Positions 60,686 through 64,000 of a DNA stretch of 64,000 nucleotides are shown one piece after another. Within the stretch, counting starts at the first letter, position 1, and the number at the start of each line of letters is the position of its first letter. The DNA lies in contig ML992511.1 of NCBI GenBank assembly GCA_010093995.1, positions 425,316-489,315 of the forward strand, in the 5' to 3' direction. Below the pieces are notes generated by a model. It did not search any database. It was not told the origin of the DNA and saw only the letters and a list, made by a program, of their open reading frames with translations. The position numbers and the translations under genes were made by a program. This stretch comes from Elsinoe ampelina (lineage: Eukaryota).

Positions 60686-61323
60686 AGTTGCTATTACTAC
60701 TAAGGATAGAGTCTTAGGAGGTGCTTATAATATAAAGTAATCTTGTAGTAGTAAGGGTAAGGTAGTAGAGGGTATAGAAAGTAACAAGGTAGATATAGTA
60801 GTAGTATAAAGAAAGATAAGTAGAAAGAGAAGAAGTAAAAGGGGTAGAAGAAGAGAAATGTATAATAAGAAGAGAAATGTATAATAATTTAGTAGCTAGT
60901 AATAGCATAGCTAATAATAGGAATATAATATTATAATAGAAATGTAAAATTAGCAAATTAGAAATATATAGTATATAGAATACTTGCTTATTATAATATC
61001 ATTTATAATAGTAAGGTATATAATATTAGATTTGTTTAAACGCTTAGAAGAAGAGAAATCTAAACATTATAGAGTACTAATAATAAGTATATAATAATCT
61101 AGCGTAATAATATAATACTAATTTAGTATACTATAATTCTTAAAAACCTTATATTTTATATTTTATATTCTACCCTAGCTACCTTATTGTTACTTTATAT
61201 ATAGTAGAAGGTTATATTACTCTTCTCTATTCTCCTTCTTCTTCTATTAACTTTCTTTCTTCTTGTCTCTACTACCCTTTTGTTTCTACGCCTTTAAGTT
61301 TAACTTTTATATCTTATTTTACT

Positions 61324-61977
61324 ATAGCAACCTCTCTAGATACTTCTATAGCTAATATACCTTCCGATACCTCTTCTAGTAGCTCTTCTAAGATTAAGAA
61401 TAAGTTTAATAAGTTTAAAACTATAATAGAGATAATTATTATAGCGTTTTATTATAAGTATTAAGCTAATAGGTATAGGGCTTTAGGTCTAAGTAGGCTA
61501 AAATTAAATACTAGATCCTTTAGCGTAGTTAAGGCAGCAAGGCACATTACGGTTGTCTAACTAGTTTTAAAGCAGGTTTAAGTAAGCCTTTAAAGTAGAA
61601 TATTTAGAACATTATACGCCGAGATAAAGATACTTAATAGTCGGCTAAGGTTAAGGTACTTAAAGTAGCTAGAGATGCTAATTGTAGCGCAAAGAGGAAT
61701 TTGCTTAAGAAGTTTAATATAAATACTTAAGTCTAGAACCTTAGTAAAGAAGTAAAGGTAGAACTCCTTATAGAAAAGATTAAGGAAATAGAGTAGCGCT
61801 ATTTCGACGCCTAGTAAAGCTATATAATTATACTACTATATTATTACGTTTAACACTAATAGATTATAGATAAATAGCTATCTAGCAAGTTTAGAAAAGT
61901 CTATGTTAAATAGTAGCGCATTAGAAAATTTGCTACATATTAAGAGTATATAGAAGTCCTTATAAAGGCAAAGGTAG
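61324..61977 (+). pseudogene. RIPed acidic/coiled-coil gene divergent from the H3-like gene, interrupted by a Gypsy B LTR
   Basis: ATA (from ATG) start, then ATSLDTS..N.PSDTSSSSSSKIKNKFNKF (from ...EIEDEFDEF); a second frame gives IIRRDKDT**SAKVKVLKVARDANCSAKRNLLKK...VELLIEKIKEIE*RYFD. Exon structure not resolved. Confidence 0.5.
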
Positions 61978-64000
61978 TGTTACGAACTATCTAAACATAG
62001 TCTACGCTAGTAGTCTAAGCTAAGCTAAGAACGAGGTAGTTCTACTTCTATAGTAGTATAGCACTAAGGTAAGAGTTAGAGAAGGTATATCTTATAGATA
62101 ATAAAGTACAATTAGATAGTATTATAAAGGCTAGCCTTAGTAATACTAGTGTTCGCTATCTAGACGAGGTTAACTATAGTACTTATATAAGGTAAGGACT
62201 ATTCCTATATATATGTATTTTTTACTATATACTCTATATACTCTATAGCGAGAGTCGGAGGCAACATAAAGTACATGTCTACTAGTAACCTACACGCTCT
62301 ATAGTCTCTAGAGTAGAGCTACTAGAGAAGATAGAGAATCGAGTAAACGTCGGGCTAGGTTACGTAATAACCTTAGTAGTTTAATTAGTCCTAACGTCTC
62401 TATGCTTTAGCTGTCCTACTAGTTCGTAACATTACTCTTCTCTTTTAATTAAGTTATCCTAATAAGTAAGTATCCTTTCTTATTCTTCTACGCTATATAC
62501 TAAATATGTCTCCTAGTTATTAAAGGTATAGTAAATCTAGCATATCTACACGAAAGAATCTCTTAGAGTTTATTAAATTATTTAGAGCTAACATGCTATA
62601 AGCTTACTCTTATTATAAGTCGAAAGAGCTAGACTATAAAGTCTATATTTAGTTAGGTATTTATAGCTAGTATGTTACAAGTAACTACTTAGGTTATAAT
62701 ATTTAAGTAACAAAATTAGAATAGTAGCGTTTCTAGTCTAAGTATATTTATTTACGAAAGGAATTAGTTATAGCTAAGACTACTAGAAGAGAAGCTAAAG
62801 AAGCTTATAAAAAGGCAAAAGAGGCTTATTAAAGAGCTATAGGTAATAAGCTTTGCCTATATAAAGAGATATAAAAGTTAGAGGACAAGGTAGAGAAAGT
62901 AATCTCTCTAGAGAAGACCTATATTTAAGTCTTAGAGTAGAAAGAAATACTATTATTAGTAGATCCTGTCCTACTATAGGACTAGTAATTATTTATGCCT
63001 AACTCTAATTAGAGTTCCTTATTTAGTAACAATTAGGGTGCTTCTATTAGCTAAGTAGTCTTCCTTAGGCATTCTCGTTTTTATTTAGTATTAGTAGCGT
63101 TAGGCCTACCTAGTTAGTTTACTTAGAATAGGTTTTTAGTCTAGTAATCTAGAATTACTTACGAGGTAAGGTATTTCTCTAGTTCCTATATTACCTTACT
63201 ATACTAATGTCCTTTCTAGTAGATAAGATAGTAACGCTTTCCCCTTATAGATTTATAACGTAAAACCCTTTTAATCTTATACTATAGCTTCTATGTTTCT
63301 TTATCTAGTTCGATAGGTCCGGGTATAGTATTCTATAGTACTTTCTCTAGTAGTAATATATAAAAGACTAGATAGATCCTTATATATCTTAGTAGTTCTA
63401 GTTTATATACGTTCTTGTTTTTCTTTTCTAGGATCTTAAAGAGTCCTAGTTTAGTATAGTTAAGTTTCTTACTTAGTTGTTTCGTTTTAATATTTTTACT
63501 AAGGAGGTAAACTTTCTCTCTCTCCTATAGAATTAGTCCTATAATTCTCTTCTAGTTAGTAAACTCTACTATTCTTTATAATATAAATACTATATTGTAG
63601 TATAGCTAGTTATATAGTTTCTTAATGTTAGCTACTAGTATATTAGTATCCTTAGATATTAGCTTAATTCCGAGTGTGTTATAGTATAGATCTAGGTATA
63701 TTCTATAGTTTATGTAAAATAGTAAAATTCTATTAGCTAACTTTCTATTATTAATAGCAAGCTCTACGAGTAGTAATAGTATTACCTATAAGTCTTGCTT
63801 ATAGTTTAGGTAGTAGTATAGGTACTACTCTAGTACTTAATTTGCCTATTTAGTTTGTCTATCTATTTATAGATAAAAGGAAGTTAATAGCTTATATTTA
63901 ACTCCTAGTAGGTCTATAAATAATTACTAGAATTATAATATAAATAGCTTATCTCTATTAGTTATTAGGTCTTATAGTACTCTATGTTATAAAACAATTA
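61978..64000 (-). mobile_element. Second copy of Gypsy family B (3' LTR 61978-62431, antisense Zn-cluster ORF from 62506, chromodomain, integrase; continues beyond the window)
   Basis: Colinear with 10941-~12970, differing mostly by transitions. Confidence 0.93.

Larger units (their letters stand above)
59740..61977. mobile_element. End of a probable hAT-like DNA transposon carrying cargo genes (transposase not in the window)
   Basis: Gypsy C homology ends abruptly; a TAGAG (possible RIPed CAGAG) terminus is followed by subterminal short repeats and palindromes, then H3-like and coiled-coil cargo. The superfamily call is inference. Confidence 0.45.

Noticed and set aside
60714..60956. 80-aa hydrophobic ORF in the ORF track
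   Set aside because: Low-complexity AT-rich spacer between the H3-like and coiled-coil genes; the L/Y/I/S composition is typical of RIPed non-coding DNA.

Overview
Fungal genomic DNA (filamentous ascomycete, probably Dothideomycete-like) with a two-compartment layout. A GC-balanced gene island (~18.4-53.4 kb) holds about 17 genes: DUF1989, a secreted LysM + lysozyme-like protein, MRPL16, RFC1, an RRM protein, SEC31, a GT34 enzyme, an LSH/IRC5 helicase, an APH-like kinase, a metallophosphoesterase, END3, an OM14-like protein, an RBR E3 ligase and several hypotheticals. Two AT-rich, TpA-saturated blocks of RIP-inactivated, nested transposons flank it. The left block is a Ty1/Copia relic carrying two complete chromodomain Ty3/Gypsy insertions (LTRs and TSDs visible). 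The right block holds a Tc1/mariner relic, a Gypsy gag-pol relic, a probable hAT-like element and a second copy of one Gypsy family. Reversing RIP by eye reveals cargo the ORF track cannot show: (i) a spliced histone H3/CenH3-like gene plus a divergent coiled-coil gene in the probable hAT-like element; (ii) antisense Zn2Cys6 (GAL4-like) accessory genes between pol and the 3' LTR of both complete Gypsy families, one apparently intron-containing. All de-RIP reconstructions were done by hand and need computational confirmation. Assembly gaps lie at 458-467 and 1288-2037.
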